Positions 7,655 through 16,825 are shown, counted from the first letter of the stretch. The stretch is DNA of 64,000 bases from Candidatus Acidiferrum sp. (GCA_035576885.1 DATLVZ010000005.1:13927-77926), one strand, 5' to 3'. Made by a program: numbers and translations. Notes: generated by a model from the letters alone, not told the origin.

Positions 7655-9262
7655 ATGCCTGAAATCAAGAACATGAAGGACATGCAATCTACCGGTAGCG
7701 CCGCTGCGAAGCCCGAAGGGGCGACGGCGCTGACGCCGGGTACGCTGCTGGCTTGCAATGCGACACTGAATTTGCTTGCCGAAGGATGGATCTTCGTCGT
7801 CCTGCTCGTGGCCATGCCGAAGCTGGTGTCGTTTCTGGGCGAAACCAAATTTGGTTTGTTTTCCTTGGCTTGGGTGGTGATCGGCTATCTGGCTTTTCTG
7901 GATATCGGCGTCAACAGGGCGGCGACGAAGTTTGTTTCCGAACACCTCGCGGAACAAGACCACGAGTCAACACGCCTCATCGTCCGCACGGCCCTTACCG
8001 CAAACTTTGCGCTAGGGCTAGCCGGAGGGCTGGCGGTCATTTTGGCGACGCCGTATCTCGTTCATTCGGTGTTCAAGGTGTCCCCGGACCTGCAAAGCCA
8101 GGCGAGGCTAACCTTTTATGCCGTCGGCCTGGCGGTGCCGGTGTTGCTGGTGCAGGGAGTGTTTCGGGCGGTGCTGAGCTCGTATCAGCGGTTCGGGTGG
8201 ATCAACGCCGTCAACGCCGCAACTACGACAGCGCAGTGGAGCGTGGCGGCTCTCTTAGCATGGAAGGGGTACGGAGTTGCGGCCGTCGTATTCTCAACGG
8301 TTGCCTTTCGCCTTGCGGCCACGGCAGCCTACGGCGCGGTGCTGTTCCGGTTGCTCCCGAATCTTCAGCTCTTTCGAATTCACGACCTGCATGGATTGCC
8401 CAAGCTGCTGAGGTTTGGAGGCTGGGTCAGCGTGTCGCAACTGGTCAGCCCCTTGCTGGTTTACCTTGACCGCGTGCTGATCGCATCATTCGTTTCACTG
8501 GCGGCGGTCACTCTGTATACCGTCCCCTATGAGGTGATGACGAGGCTACGGGTAATCCCTTCCAGCCTTGTCGGAACTCTGTATCCGGCATTCAGTGAGC
8601 GAGGTAGCGAAAGCCAAAGAGTTCAACTGCAGTGGCTTTATGAAAGCTCCGTGCGTTATCTCTTGCTTTTGCTCTTGCCGGGTATTCTGTTCCTGACTGT
8701 GCTCGGGCCAGACCTTCTTCGACTTTGGATGGGGCCTTCGTTTGCGCAACAAGCCTCTTTAGTTCTCCAAATTCTGGCAGTGGGCGTATTGGCGAACGCG
8801 CTCGCGTATGTTCCCTACAATCTTTTGCAGGCGCTTGGACGCCCCGACCTTACGGGAAAGTTCCATCTTTTTGAACTTCCACTTTATGTTGTGCTTTGCG
8901 TCGTGCTGATTCCGCGCTGGGGAATCACCGGCGCGGCGATGGCAAGTACGATTCGTTTCGTGCTTGATTCAGGGTTGTTATTCTGGGCAGCGGGCAGGTG
9001 CTGCGAATGTTCACTCCGCAATTTTTGGGTTAGTGCGTTCCCGCGCATTTTGACGCTGGGCTGCGTGTTAGGTCTGACGCTAGTTGCCATAAAGCTAGTG
9101 GTTACGGCTCCATGGACCAGACTCGGGCTAGGCGCGTTGGCGGTTGGAGTCTGTCTGCTTGCGGCCTGGGTCTTCGTGGTGGACAACCGGGAAAAACCGA
9201 GAATCGGTGGAGCGCTAAAAATGCTCCTCGGTCACCCGGCACTCGACTCGAAGTCCGGATGA
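7655..9262 (+). CDS. wzx: Polysaccharide flippase, MOP/Wzx family
   Basis: 535 aa, polytopic and hydrophobic throughout (about 12-14 TM segments). Position in the locus fits, and it resembles 'polysaccharide biosynthesis protein' flippases. Confidence 0.7.
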   Translation: MPEIKNMKDMQSTGSAAAKPEGATALTPGTLLACNATLNLLAEGWIFVVLLVAMPKLVSFLGETKFGLFSLAWVVIGYLAFLDIGVNRAATKFVSEHLAEQDHESTRLIVRTALTANFALGLAGGLAVILATPYLVHSVFKVSPDLQSQARLTFYAVGLAVPVLLVQGVFRAVLSSYQRFGWINAVNAATTTAQWSVAALLAWKGYGVAAVVFSTVAFRLAATAAYGAVLFRLLPNLQLFRIHDLHGLPKLLRFGGWVSVSQLVSPLLVYLDRVLIASFVSLAAVTLYTVPYEVMTRLRVIPSSLVGTLYPAFSERGSESQRVQLQWLYESSVRYLLLLLLPGILFLTVLGPDLLRLWMGPSFAQQASLVLQILAVGVLANALAYVPYNLLQALGRPDLTGKFHLFELPLYVVLCVVLIPRWGITGAAMASTIRFVLDSGLLFWAAGRCCECSLRNFWVSAFPRILTLGCVLGLTLVAIKLVVTAPWTRLGLGALAVGVCLLAAWVFVVDNREKPRIGGALKMLLGHPALDSKSG

Positions 9263-9268
9263 ATCCGA

Positions 9269-10591
9269 ATGACTAGGACCAACGCTCTATCCGCAGCAGC
9301 TGAACCGAGAATCCGGTTGAGATCGGGAGATCAGCGGCGCTTTGCAGGCCCATGGCTACTATGGGTCCTCTTGTTCTCGATCATGTTAGGCGGCGTTACG
9401 CTGAGGGCCGGCGATCGAACCCCGGTTCTCTCTTATTTCGACATAGTCTTTGGAATAGTAATTCTGGTATTAGTTGTAAGACTGATTGTTACGAGGTTTA
9501 TCTTCACTTTTCCGGACAAGGCCGTCTTTCGTCTATCGTGTTGGTGTATTGGCGCTCAACTCCTATCATTAGTCTTTAACCGATCTGATGTACCAAAGAG
9601 TTTCCTCGCCATTAAGGTGTCGATATTCAGCTTGCTCGTCTATTTCATCACCCTCTCTGTTCTGAAATCGGCAAGAGACATAAAGTGGGTGGCGTACGCG
9701 CTCGTTTCTTTTGCAACGAGTATATCACTAATGCTATACTATTACTATTTTAATATATGGAGAAACCTGTTTACGGGCGATGTTTTGGGCAACAAGGATC
9801 TTATTGCGCTTGCTTTCAGTCCGAACAACGGGCTGGCCGTGATAATTGTTTTCATTTTGCCACTAAGTGTAGGCCTAGCATTCTGCGAAAGAGGGCTGCG
9901 GCGCATTATGATGTTGGGAGCGAGTATTATCATAGTAGCTGGTTTGGTCATCGTGATGTCGCGCGGAGCGTTCTTAAGTTTGCTTCTTGGCGTCCTGATA
10001 GCGTCTCCTTCGTTGATCAAGAGCGGGATTAAGCTGAGAAGCGTCATTATTGTTGTTGTGATTCTAAGCTTTGTTCTCTACCTGGTACCTAGCCAACTCC
10101 TCGAAGCAAACCTTGAGCTGGCTTCGTCTTACAATCGGGCTGAAAATGCAGATCTGCCTACATCATTTGTAGAGCGATATGAAATGATTGCGGGTGGGTG
10201 GCGAGCGTTTTCGGCGCACCCAATAGTTGGAATCGGCGCGAACGCAACTTATGAATATAATTGGGATGCCGTCGGTGATGCCCATCTTACGACCAATTGG
10301 CTGGTCCGGGAGTTCGCCGAGTTGGGACTTTTAGGCGGCGTGCCTTTCACAATTTTGATTGGTGTGCTCGTCGTCCGGAGTTACAGACTCTGCGCTTCTT
10401 CCTTGGCCCACACTCATGAAAAGTATTTAGCACTGTCCTTATATGTCGGACTTCTTATCACTCTGATTAACGGCATGACGGAAGCCACGTTTCCTTCTCA
10501 GCCGTACGCGGTGGTGTTTTGGATTGCCATGGCAGTTGTCTTTGCGAAAGGCCACCGACCGCTGCACCGCATTCCCCTGGCCCAGGTATAG
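9269..10591 (+). CDS. wzy: O-antigen/EPS polymerase, O-antigen-ligase-like (Wzy) family
   Basis: 440 aa, polytopic, with a large loop region (LELASSYNRAENADLPTSFVERYEMIAGGWRAF...GIGAN). It is AT-rich relative to its flanks, as is typical for wzy. Confidence 0.6.
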   Translation: MTRTNALSAAAEPRIRLRSGDQRRFAGPWLLWVLLFSIMLGGVTLRAGDRTPVLSYFDIVFGIVILVLVVRLIVTRFIFTFPDKAVFRLSCWCIGAQLLSLVFNRSDVPKSFLAIKVSIFSLLVYFITLSVLKSARDIKWVAYALVSFATSISLMLYYYYFNIWRNLFTGDVLGNKDLIALAFSPNNGLAVIIVFILPLSVGLAFCERGLRRIMMLGASIIIVAGLVIVMSRGAFLSLLLGVLIASPSLIKSGIKLRSVIIVVVILSFVLYLVPSQLLEANLELASSYNRAENADLPTSFVERYEMIAGGWRAFSAHPIVGIGANATYEYNWDAVGDAHLTTNWLVREFAELGLLGGVPFTILIGVLVVRSYRLCASSLAHTHEKYLALSLYVGLLITLINGMTEATFPSQPYAVVFWIAMAVVFAKGHRPLHRIPLAQV

Positions 10592-10726
10592 GTCTTGAAT
10601 AAAGATTCTTCCAAGCTTTTTGCCGAGGTGCTTTTCCAGTTCCGATTTCGCTAAGTTTGCGAGCTACTGCTCCGAGCCAGAGGGGAATCGGTTATTGCCA
10701 ACTATCAGCAATTGCTATTGTTTCTC

Positions 10727-11755
10727 ATGCCCAATACTTTTTGTCCCCAGGTCAGCATAATAACGGCGACCTACAACCATGAGCAGTTCGTGGAGACGTG
10801 CGTTCATAGCGTGCTTCAGCAAACCTACTCCAACTGGGAACAAATCGTCATCGACGATGGTTCCCCGGACAACACTGCCAATATTGTTTCTGGAATTCGT
10901 GACCCGCGGATTCGTGTGGAGCGTCAAGCGAACCAAAGTGCGTTCGAGCTCGCAAAGACGTATAACCGAGCGCTGTCTCTTGCGAGTGGAGAACTCATCG
11001 CCATACTGGAAGGGGATGATTTCTGGCCTCCCGATAAATTGGCAACGCTCGTTCCTGCATTCCTGGATAACGATACCGTCTTGGCTTACGGGGAAGCAGC
11101 GGACGTGGACGCAAGAGGCTTAGAGCAAAGAATAAAGAGCCACACGACTCGCCTGAGAGAAGGACTTTCTCATTCCATTCTATTCAATGATCCCCCGGGG
11201 TCGGCCACGAACTATATGCTCTTGGCCGAAGGAAGATCTCTAGTAAGTCCGTCTACCGTTGTTATCCGCCGTAGTGCCCTGGAAAAGGTTGGGGGATTTC
11301 AATATGTAGCGGGTCTTCCGCTGACGGACTATCCCACGTTCATGGAGCTCAGCCTTATTGGCAAGTTTTGCTATTCGCCGGAAAAGATGGGTTATCGGAG
11401 GCGGCACGAAAATTCCGTAACTGTTGGGCACGCCCGGACAATTCACGAGAAGGTTTCCGGCTTTACGATGGGTTTCCTTGAGCGGCATCACGAAAAAATC
11501 GAACTTTCACCTTCCACAAGGCAGGAGCTAGAACAAAACTGGCAGCAAGCTCAGGATAAGCTGCACTTTTCCGAAGGCCGTTCGCTGCTTTTGCAACGGA
11601 AATGGTCCGAGGCACGAAACCACTTCCGTATCGCATCCACATCTAAGAAGCTTTCGGTTCGCCTAGCTTCCTTTGCTGGTCTACTTTTTTCTTGGGTGCA
11701 CGCTGATATCGAGCCGTTAATGAGATTGGGTGGTAGAGCCGACTTGCGGACCTGA
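10727..11755 (+). CDS. Glycosyltransferase family 2
   Basis: VSIITATYNHEQFVETCVHSVLQQTYSNWEQIVIDDGSPDNT and EGDDFW (DXD-like). The track ORF starts at 10712 (TTG); ATG 10727 is preferred. Confidence 0.8.
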   Translation: MPNTFCPQVSIITATYNHEQFVETCVHSVLQQTYSNWEQIVIDDGSPDNTANIVSGIRDPRIRVERQANQSAFELAKTYNRALSLASGELIAILEGDDFWPPDKLATLVPAFLDNDTVLAYGEAADVDARGLEQRIKSHTTRLREGLSHSILFNDPPGSATNYMLLAEGRSLVSPSTVVIRRSALEKVGGFQYVAGLPLTDYPTFMELSLIGKFCYSPEKMGYRRRHENSVTVGHARTIHEKVSGFTMGFLERHHEKIELSPSTRQELEQNWQQAQDKLHFSEGRSLLLQRKWSEARNHFRIASTSKKLSVRLASFAGLLFSWVHADIEPLMRLGGRADLRT

Positions 11756-11758
11756 CGA

Positions 11759-12601
11759 ATGGCCAAAGCGATCCTAATCACCGTCAACTACAAGTCTGCG
11801 GTTTCCACGTTGGAGTTCGTGGATAGCCTGCAACGGTTGAAGGCATTTTCGGAGGTCAAAATCATCATCGTTGATAATTCATCCGGGGAAGAAGACTTGT
11901 CGGGGATTCGTCAGGCGATAGCGCAATTGCCAAACGTGGAGTTGCTGGTGTCGGCTGTGAACCGTGGATACTTCGGAGCGGCGAAATTCACACTTGACCA
12001 CTACCTTGCTCAGGGCCGCGCCCTACCGGACTGGGTGATCGTGTGCAACCACGACATCGTGATTGAGGACGAAAGATTTTTTGAAAAACTGTTCGCCTGC
12101 GATCCTGCGATGGTCGGCGTTCTCGCTCCCCGAATCATCATTCCCTCGCAAGCGGTTGAACAGAATCCGTTCATGAAAAAGCGACCCGGTTGGTGGCGGC
12201 GGTTCACTATGCGGCTTTATAGCTTCGCTTATCCTCTTGGGGTTACGTGGGACTGGCTTTCGCGGCAGAAGAAGGCTCTGAGGTCCAGAATGCCTTCGTG
12301 GATATCGCGCCCGGAAAGAAACGGCGGCAGGCAGTCCGTCTACGCCGCGCATGGGGCTTTTATGATTTTCAGCCGAAGTTTTTTTGAGGGAGGAGGCAAG
12401 CTGGACGATCAGCTTTTTCTTTTCGGCGAAGAAATTGCAGTTGCGGAGACCTGCCGATCGTTGGACCTGCCTATCATCTATGAACCATCGCTGTCGGTTC
12501 ATCACAACGAACATCAGAGCGTCGGAAATGGCATGAGCCGCCGTATTTACGGGTACCATCGCGCAGCCGTCCAGCATGTGCTTTCGAAATATTTCACGTA
12601 A
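11759..12601 (+). CDS. Glycosyltransferase family 2 (rhamnosyltransferase-like)
   Basis: AILITVNYKSAVSTLEFVDSL...KIIIVDNSSGEED is the GT2 N-terminal signature. 280 aa. Confidence 0.75.
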   Translation: MAKAILITVNYKSAVSTLEFVDSLQRLKAFSEVKIIIVDNSSGEEDLSGIRQAIAQLPNVELLVSAVNRGYFGAAKFTLDHYLAQGRALPDWVIVCNHDIVIEDERFFEKLFACDPAMVGVLAPRIIIPSQAVEQNPFMKKRPGWWRRFTMRLYSFAYPLGVTWDWLSRQKKALRSRMPSWISRPERNGGRQSVYAAHGAFMIFSRSFFEGGGKLDDQLFLFGEEIAVAETCRSLDLPIIYEPSLSVHHNEHQSVGNGMSRRIYGYHRAAVQHVLSKYFT

Positions 12602-12632
12602 TCAAGGGGAAAGGCGTGGTTGGAGGCAAAAG

Positions 12633-13421
12633 ATGCAAACCGTCGAAGAACGAAAGGTCATCGAGGCCGAGTTTCACGACAAGTTGCGCGACCCTGCGCT
12701 CTTGGACGACCCTGAGCTATATGCAAAGCTGACCTCGAACAAGAAGTGGTACAAAATTGCAAAGCGGAGTCGTGAATACACCGAAAACTATCTTCGCGAG
12801 CATAGTTCCGGTTCTTATGCACTCGATTTCGCCTGTGGTGACGGCTATTACTCTTTGCTTATGGCTGAAGCCGGGGCTGATGTGGTCGGGATAGATATCT
12901 CTGACGTTTCGGTACGGAACGCGGAACGGGAGGCTGCTGAACGAGGTCTGGGGGCGCGCTTCCAAGTGATGGATTGCGAAGCGATGACCTTTCCGGATTG
13001 CACATTTGACCTGATCAACGTCAACGGCGTCCTCCATCATATGGATTTGAATCGTGCCTATCCCGAACTGGCGCGCGTTCTGAAGCCCACCGGATCAGTC
13101 CTGTGTGTCGAGGCGCTTGCGCACAACCCTGTTTTCCAGGCTTACCGGAAGCTGACGCCGCATCTGAGAACGGAGTTTGAGACAGATCATATTCTCCGCC
13201 GCAAGGACATTGTAAGTGCCCGCAAATACTTCAATCGGATTGAATGGCGCTTCTTTCACCTCGCAAGTCTCGCCGCTGTTCCTTTTAGGAACTCGCGAGT
13301 TTTTGATCCTCTTCTGGCTTCATTAGAGAGGGTGGACTCAACCCTGCTAAGTGTTTCCCCGATTCGGTGGTGGGCATGGCAGATTGGGTTTGTACTTTCT
13401 GAGCCGAAGGCGTCCGCATGA
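12633..13421 (+). CDS. Class I SAM-dependent methyltransferase
   Basis: Motif I LDFACGDGYYS and post-I VVGIDIS. ATG 12633 is preferred over the track start at 12576. Confidence 0.8.
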   Translation: MQTVEERKVIEAEFHDKLRDPALLDDPELYAKLTSNKKWYKIAKRSREYTENYLREHSSGSYALDFACGDGYYSLLMAEAGADVVGIDISDVSVRNAEREAAERGLGARFQVMDCEAMTFPDCTFDLINVNGVLHHMDLNRAYPELARVLKPTGSVLCVEALAHNPVFQAYRKLTPHLRTEFETDHILRRKDIVSARKYFNRIEWRFFHLASLAAVPFRNSRVFDPLLASLERVDSTLLSVSPIRWWAWQIGFVLSEPKASA

Positions 13422-14155
13422 CGGAAAAAACTGTGTCGCTTCCTTCCACAAAGGCACCCGAAGTTATTCGAGAGGATTGGTACCGGGCGTACTACGCGGC
13501 AAAAGGCGCGGAGCGGAACAGCCTGGTGCACAACCCGGAGGTGCTGTTCCAGAATCTTGCGCAAGAGGCGGCGCTGGTGAGGGCGCTGCAGTCCGTCCGT
13601 CCGAACCCCGAAGCGGCGCGCGTACTGGACGTGGGATGCGGAGACGGAACGAGGTTGCTGGGGTTTCTAGGGCTCGGATTTGCTCCAGACAACCTATATG
13701 GGATCGATTTTCAAGAGGAGCGGATAGCGAGGGCGAAGGAGAAATGCGCGAGCATCCATTTTGCGCATGGCGATGCGACGAAGCTGGAGTATGCGAGCGA
13801 GACGTTTGAGCTGGTGCATGAAGCGACGATGTTCATTCACAGCGTGGACGACGAGTTGTCGAAGCAGATCGCGGGGGAGATGGTGCGGGTGACGAAGCGC
13901 GGCGGGCACATTCTGCTGTGCGACTGGCGATATTCGAAACCGAGAAGCGCGGCGCACCGGGCGCTGACGCAGAAGAGAATCGCGGAGCTGTTCGAGGTTG
14001 GGCGGCGGACGAGCCGCTGCGGGGTTTTTGCGGGGCCGCTGTTGCCGCCGATTGGACGGTTTTTGTCGCGGCGGCTGCCGTCGGCTTATTTCCTGGTCAG
14101 TGGGTTGCTGCCGTTTTTGGTGGGGCAGGTGACCACGGTGTTGCGAAAGACGTAG
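13418..14155 (+). CDS. Class I SAM-dependent methyltransferase
   Basis: Motif I VLDVGCGDGTRL and LYGIDF. ATGA overlap with the preceding methyltransferase gene. Confidence 0.8.
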   Translation: MTEKTVSLPSTKAPEVIREDWYRAYYAAKGAERNSLVHNPEVLFQNLAQEAALVRALQSVRPNPEAARVLDVGCGDGTRLLGFLGLGFAPDNLYGIDFQEERIARAKEKCASIHFAHGDATKLEYASETFELVHEATMFIHSVDDELSKQIAGEMVRVTKRGGHILLCDWRYSKPRSAAHRALTQKRIAELFEVGRRTSRCGVFAGPLLPPIGRFLSRRLPSAYFLVSGLLPFLVGQVTTVLRKT

Positions 14156-14162
14156 TTTCTTC

Positions 14163-14240
14163 GCGAGAAGCAGGTCCCTCGCTTCGCTCGGGATGACAAC
14201 GAAAGCGAGAAGCAGGTCCCTCGCTGCACTCGGGATGACA
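14163..14240 (+). repeat. Two tandem copies of a 36-nt unit (period 42 bp) in an intergenic gap
   Basis: GCGAGAAGCAGGTCCCTCGCTTCGCTCGGGATGACA (14163-14198) versus GCGAGAAGCAGGTCCCTCGCTGCACTCGGGATGACA (14205-14240); 34/36 identical. Confidence 0.85.
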
Positions 14241-14270
14241 GCTTTAAGATGCCGTTAATTGAGGGAGAAA

Positions 14271-15377
14271 ATGAAAGCGCAAACGGCGAAAGAGCGAAGT
14301 GCTACAGAGGGGGCGACGATTGCGTTGGAGCCGATGACGAAGGCGGAGGCGCTGCCGTTCGTGACGGTGGTGGTGCCATGCCGGAATGAAGAGAAGCACA
14401 TTGCACGGTGCCTGGAGTCGATTTTGGCGAATGATTATCCGAAGGAGCGGATGGAGATACTGGTGCTGGACGGGATGAGCGAAGACCGGACACGGGAGAT
14501 TGTGGCGGGCTACAGCGAGCGTTATGCGCTGGTCCGGCTGGTGGACAACCCGAAGAAGCACATCCCGGTAGCCATGAATATCGGAATCCGCGAGGCTCGA
14601 GGCGAAAGAATCCTGAAGATGGATGCACATTCGACGTATCAGGCGGAGTACATCTCGAGGTGCGTGCAGTATCAGGATTTGTATGGGGCGGAGAATGCAG
14701 GCGGAGTGTGGAAGATGGTGCCGGGAGCGGACACGGCGACGGCACGAGCGATTGTGCTGGGATTGGGGAGCCGGTTCGGGTCGGGGAATGCGAATGTGAA
14801 GGTGGGAGTGGACAAGCCGACGTGGTCGGACACGACGGCGTTCGGATGTTTTAAGAAGGAGCTGTTCGACCGGATCGGGATGTATGACGAGAAGCTGCTG
14901 AGCAGCTCGGACCTGGACCTGAACCAGCGGATTAGCGCGGCGGGCGGCGGGATTCTGGTGGCGCCGGATGTGGTGGTTAACTACGTGGCGGATGCGGATT
15001 TGCGAGAGCTTCGGCGGCACGTATTCGCGGACGGAGTGTGGGTGAGTTACGTGATGAAATTCGGGAAGAGGGCGTGGTCGTGGAGGCACTGGGTTCCTGC
15101 GGCGTTTGTGATGGGCCTGGCGGGGGCGTTTGCGCTGGGCGCGGTGAATCGAGGGTTTCTGTGGCTGGGATTGGGAGTCGCGGCGATGTACGCGGCGGTG
15201 AGTGTTGGAGTGTCCTTGCAGATCGCGGTTCGAGAGCGGGAGGCGCGTTACGCGGTTCTGCTGCCAATTGTGTTTGCGGTGAGGCACTTTGTGCATGGGA
15301 TGGGGACGCTGTTCGGCTTGCTGCTGGTGATCGTGCCGGGAGAGCACTGGAGGGGCAGAAGAGGGTTGAAAGCGTAA
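14271..15377 (+). CDS. Glycosyltransferase family 2 with C-terminal membrane segments
   Basis: FVTVVVPCRNEEKHIARCLESILANDYPKERMEILVLDGMSEDRT. GAGGGAG lies 3 nt upstream of ATG 14271. The C-terminus is hydrophobic. Confidence 0.8.
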   Translation: MKAQTAKERSATEGATIALEPMTKAEALPFVTVVVPCRNEEKHIARCLESILANDYPKERMEILVLDGMSEDRTREIVAGYSERYALVRLVDNPKKHIPVAMNIGIREARGERILKMDAHSTYQAEYISRCVQYQDLYGAENAGGVWKMVPGADTATARAIVLGLGSRFGSGNANVKVGVDKPTWSDTTAFGCFKKELFDRIGMYDEKLLSSSDLDLNQRISAAGGGILVAPDVVVNYVADADLRELRRHVFADGVWVSYVMKFGKRAWSWRHWVPAAFVMGLAGAFALGAVNRGFLWLGLGVAAMYAAVSVGVSLQIAVREREARYAVLLPIVFAVRHFVHGMGTLFGLLLVIVPGEHWRGRRGLKA

Positions 15378-16006
15378 TGTCTGCGGCAATGAAGAGACTG
15401 TTTGACGTGCTGATTTCGACGATTGGATTGATGGTGCTGGCGCCGGTGCTGGGGGCGGTAGCGGTGGCGATCAAGTTGGAGTCGGCGGGGCCGGTGTTTT
15501 ATCGAGGAGTTCGCGCGGGGCGGTATGGGAAGCCGTTCCGGATATTTAAGTTTCGAACGATGGTGATGAACGCGGAAGCTCTGGGAAGCGCATCGACACC
15601 GGAAGACGATCAACGAATCACGAGCGTTGGGCGAATTCTACGGAAGCTGAAAATAGACGAGCTGCCGCAGCTTCTGAATGTACTGAGAGGGGAAATGAGC
15701 CTGGTGGGCCCGAGGCCGCAAGTGCCGTGGGCGGTGGAACAATATACGCCGGAAGAGAAGATGATTCTGGGGGTTCGGCCGGGCATCACGGATCCAGCTT
15801 CGGTGCGATTTCGAAACGAGAGCGAGATCTTGCGTGGAAGTGAAAATCCGGACAAGGATTATTTCGAGAAGATTCATCCGGAAAAGATGCGGCTAAGCCT
15901 GGAGTACGTACGCAAGCAATCGTTTTTGCTGGACTGCAAAATCATAGCGCAGACGCTGCTGGTTGTATTTGTTCCTGGCCACAGCGCCACACCAGTCAAG
16001 AAATAA
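15377..16006 (+). CDS. Small monotopic phosphoglycosyl transferase ('bacterial sugar transferase', PglC/WbaP C-terminal type), priming enzyme
   Basis: MSAAMKRLFDVLISTIGLMVLAPVLGAVAVAIKLES...PVFY...FKFRTM...DELPQLLNVLRGEMSLVGPRP. TAATG overlap with the upstream GT2 gene. The 5' part of track ORF 15038.. is an artefactual extension. Confidence 0.85.
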   Translation: MSAAMKRLFDVLISTIGLMVLAPVLGAVAVAIKLESAGPVFYRGVRAGRYGKPFRIFKFRTMVMNAEALGSASTPEDDQRITSVGRILRKLKIDELPQLLNVLRGEMSLVGPRPQVPWAVEQYTPEEKMILGVRPGITDPASVRFRNESEILRGSENPDKDYFEKIHPEKMRLSLEYVRKQSFLLDCKIIAQTLLVVFVPGHSATPVKK

Positions 16007-16085
16007 ACAGACAAAAATTCAGAAACTCCAGTGGAACGAGCGGGTGACCGGATTGTCCGCTGGAAGAATTGCGGAGTCTAGAGGC

Positions 16086-16820
16086 ATGAAATCCTTCAAA
16101 ACCGCGGCTGAACGAGAGGCGGGGAAGTCGCTCGAGAACATTTTCGTGAATAGCCCCGACACTATTCAGACGAAGCTGGACAATTTTCCGAAATATGTGC
16201 GGCGACAGCATTTGAAGCGATTTTTGGCGATGTACGAGATTTTCAAGATGGTGCTAAGAATCAAAGGATCGGTAGTGGAATGCGGGGTATTCCGGGGATT
16301 CAGCCTGATGAGCTGGGCAAAATTGAGCTCCATCCTTGAGCCGGAGGACCTTACGCGGCGAGTGTATGGATTTGATTCGTTTGATGGATTTCCTTCCGTG
16401 ACGGAGATGGACCGGAGTGTAGCCGGCGACGCGGCGGCTGGAGATTTTCAGGGGTCCAGCTACGACGAACTGCAGGAGCTGATCCGGGTGTACGACCAGG
16501 ACCGCTTCCTGGGGCACATTTCAAAGGTTCAGCTCATCCGGGGCGATGCGACGAGGTCAATACCGGAATTTGTGAAGGAGAATAGTCACCTTCTCGTGAG
16601 CTTGTTGTTTCTGGACATGGATCTGTATGAGCCGACAAAGATCGCGCTGGAATGTTTTCTTCCGAGAATGCCGAAGGGAGCAGTGCTGGCGTTCGATGAG
16701 CTGGACAACCCGATTTGGCCGGGGGAGACGATGGCGCTGCTGGAGAAATTGGACGTCAACCGAGTGAAGATTCAGCGGCTGGAGTGGGACCCGTACATAG
16801 GGTACGTGGTGATCGAGTAA
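16086..16820 (+). CDS. TylF/MycF-family (macrocin-O-methyltransferase-like) SAM methyltransferase
   Basis: GSVVECGVFRGFSLMSWA...LLFLDMDLYEPT...FDELDNPIWPGE, consistent with the TylF family as recalled. Starts at ATG 16086. Confidence 0.65.
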   Translation: MKSFKTAAEREAGKSLENIFVNSPDTIQTKLDNFPKYVRRQHLKRFLAMYEIFKMVLRIKGSVVECGVFRGFSLMSWAKLSSILEPEDLTRRVYGFDSFDGFPSVTEMDRSVAGDAAAGDFQGSSYDELQELIRVYDQDRFLGHISKVQLIRGDATRSIPEFVKENSHLLVSLLFLDMDLYEPTKIALECFLPRMPKGAVLAFDELDNPIWPGETMALLEKLDVNRVKIQRLEWDPYIGYVVIE

Positions 16821-16825
16821 GGAAG

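Noticed and set aside
15038-15376. Long N-terminal extension of the track ORF 15038..16006, overlapping the GT2 gene.
   Set aside because: The extension is Gly/Arg-rich nonsense in a second frame of the GT2 gene. The sugar-transferase homology begins at ATG 15377 (TAATG overlap), giving a typical small phosphoglycosyl transferase of about 209 aa.
14244-15389. 381-aa minus-strand ORF (His/Arg/Pro/Gln-rich) fully antisense to the GT2 gene.
   Set aside because: The sequence is low-complexity and has no motif. It is explained by the extreme G-ending codon bias of the sense strand, which removes stop codons from the antisense frame. The sense ORF has clear GT2 signatures.
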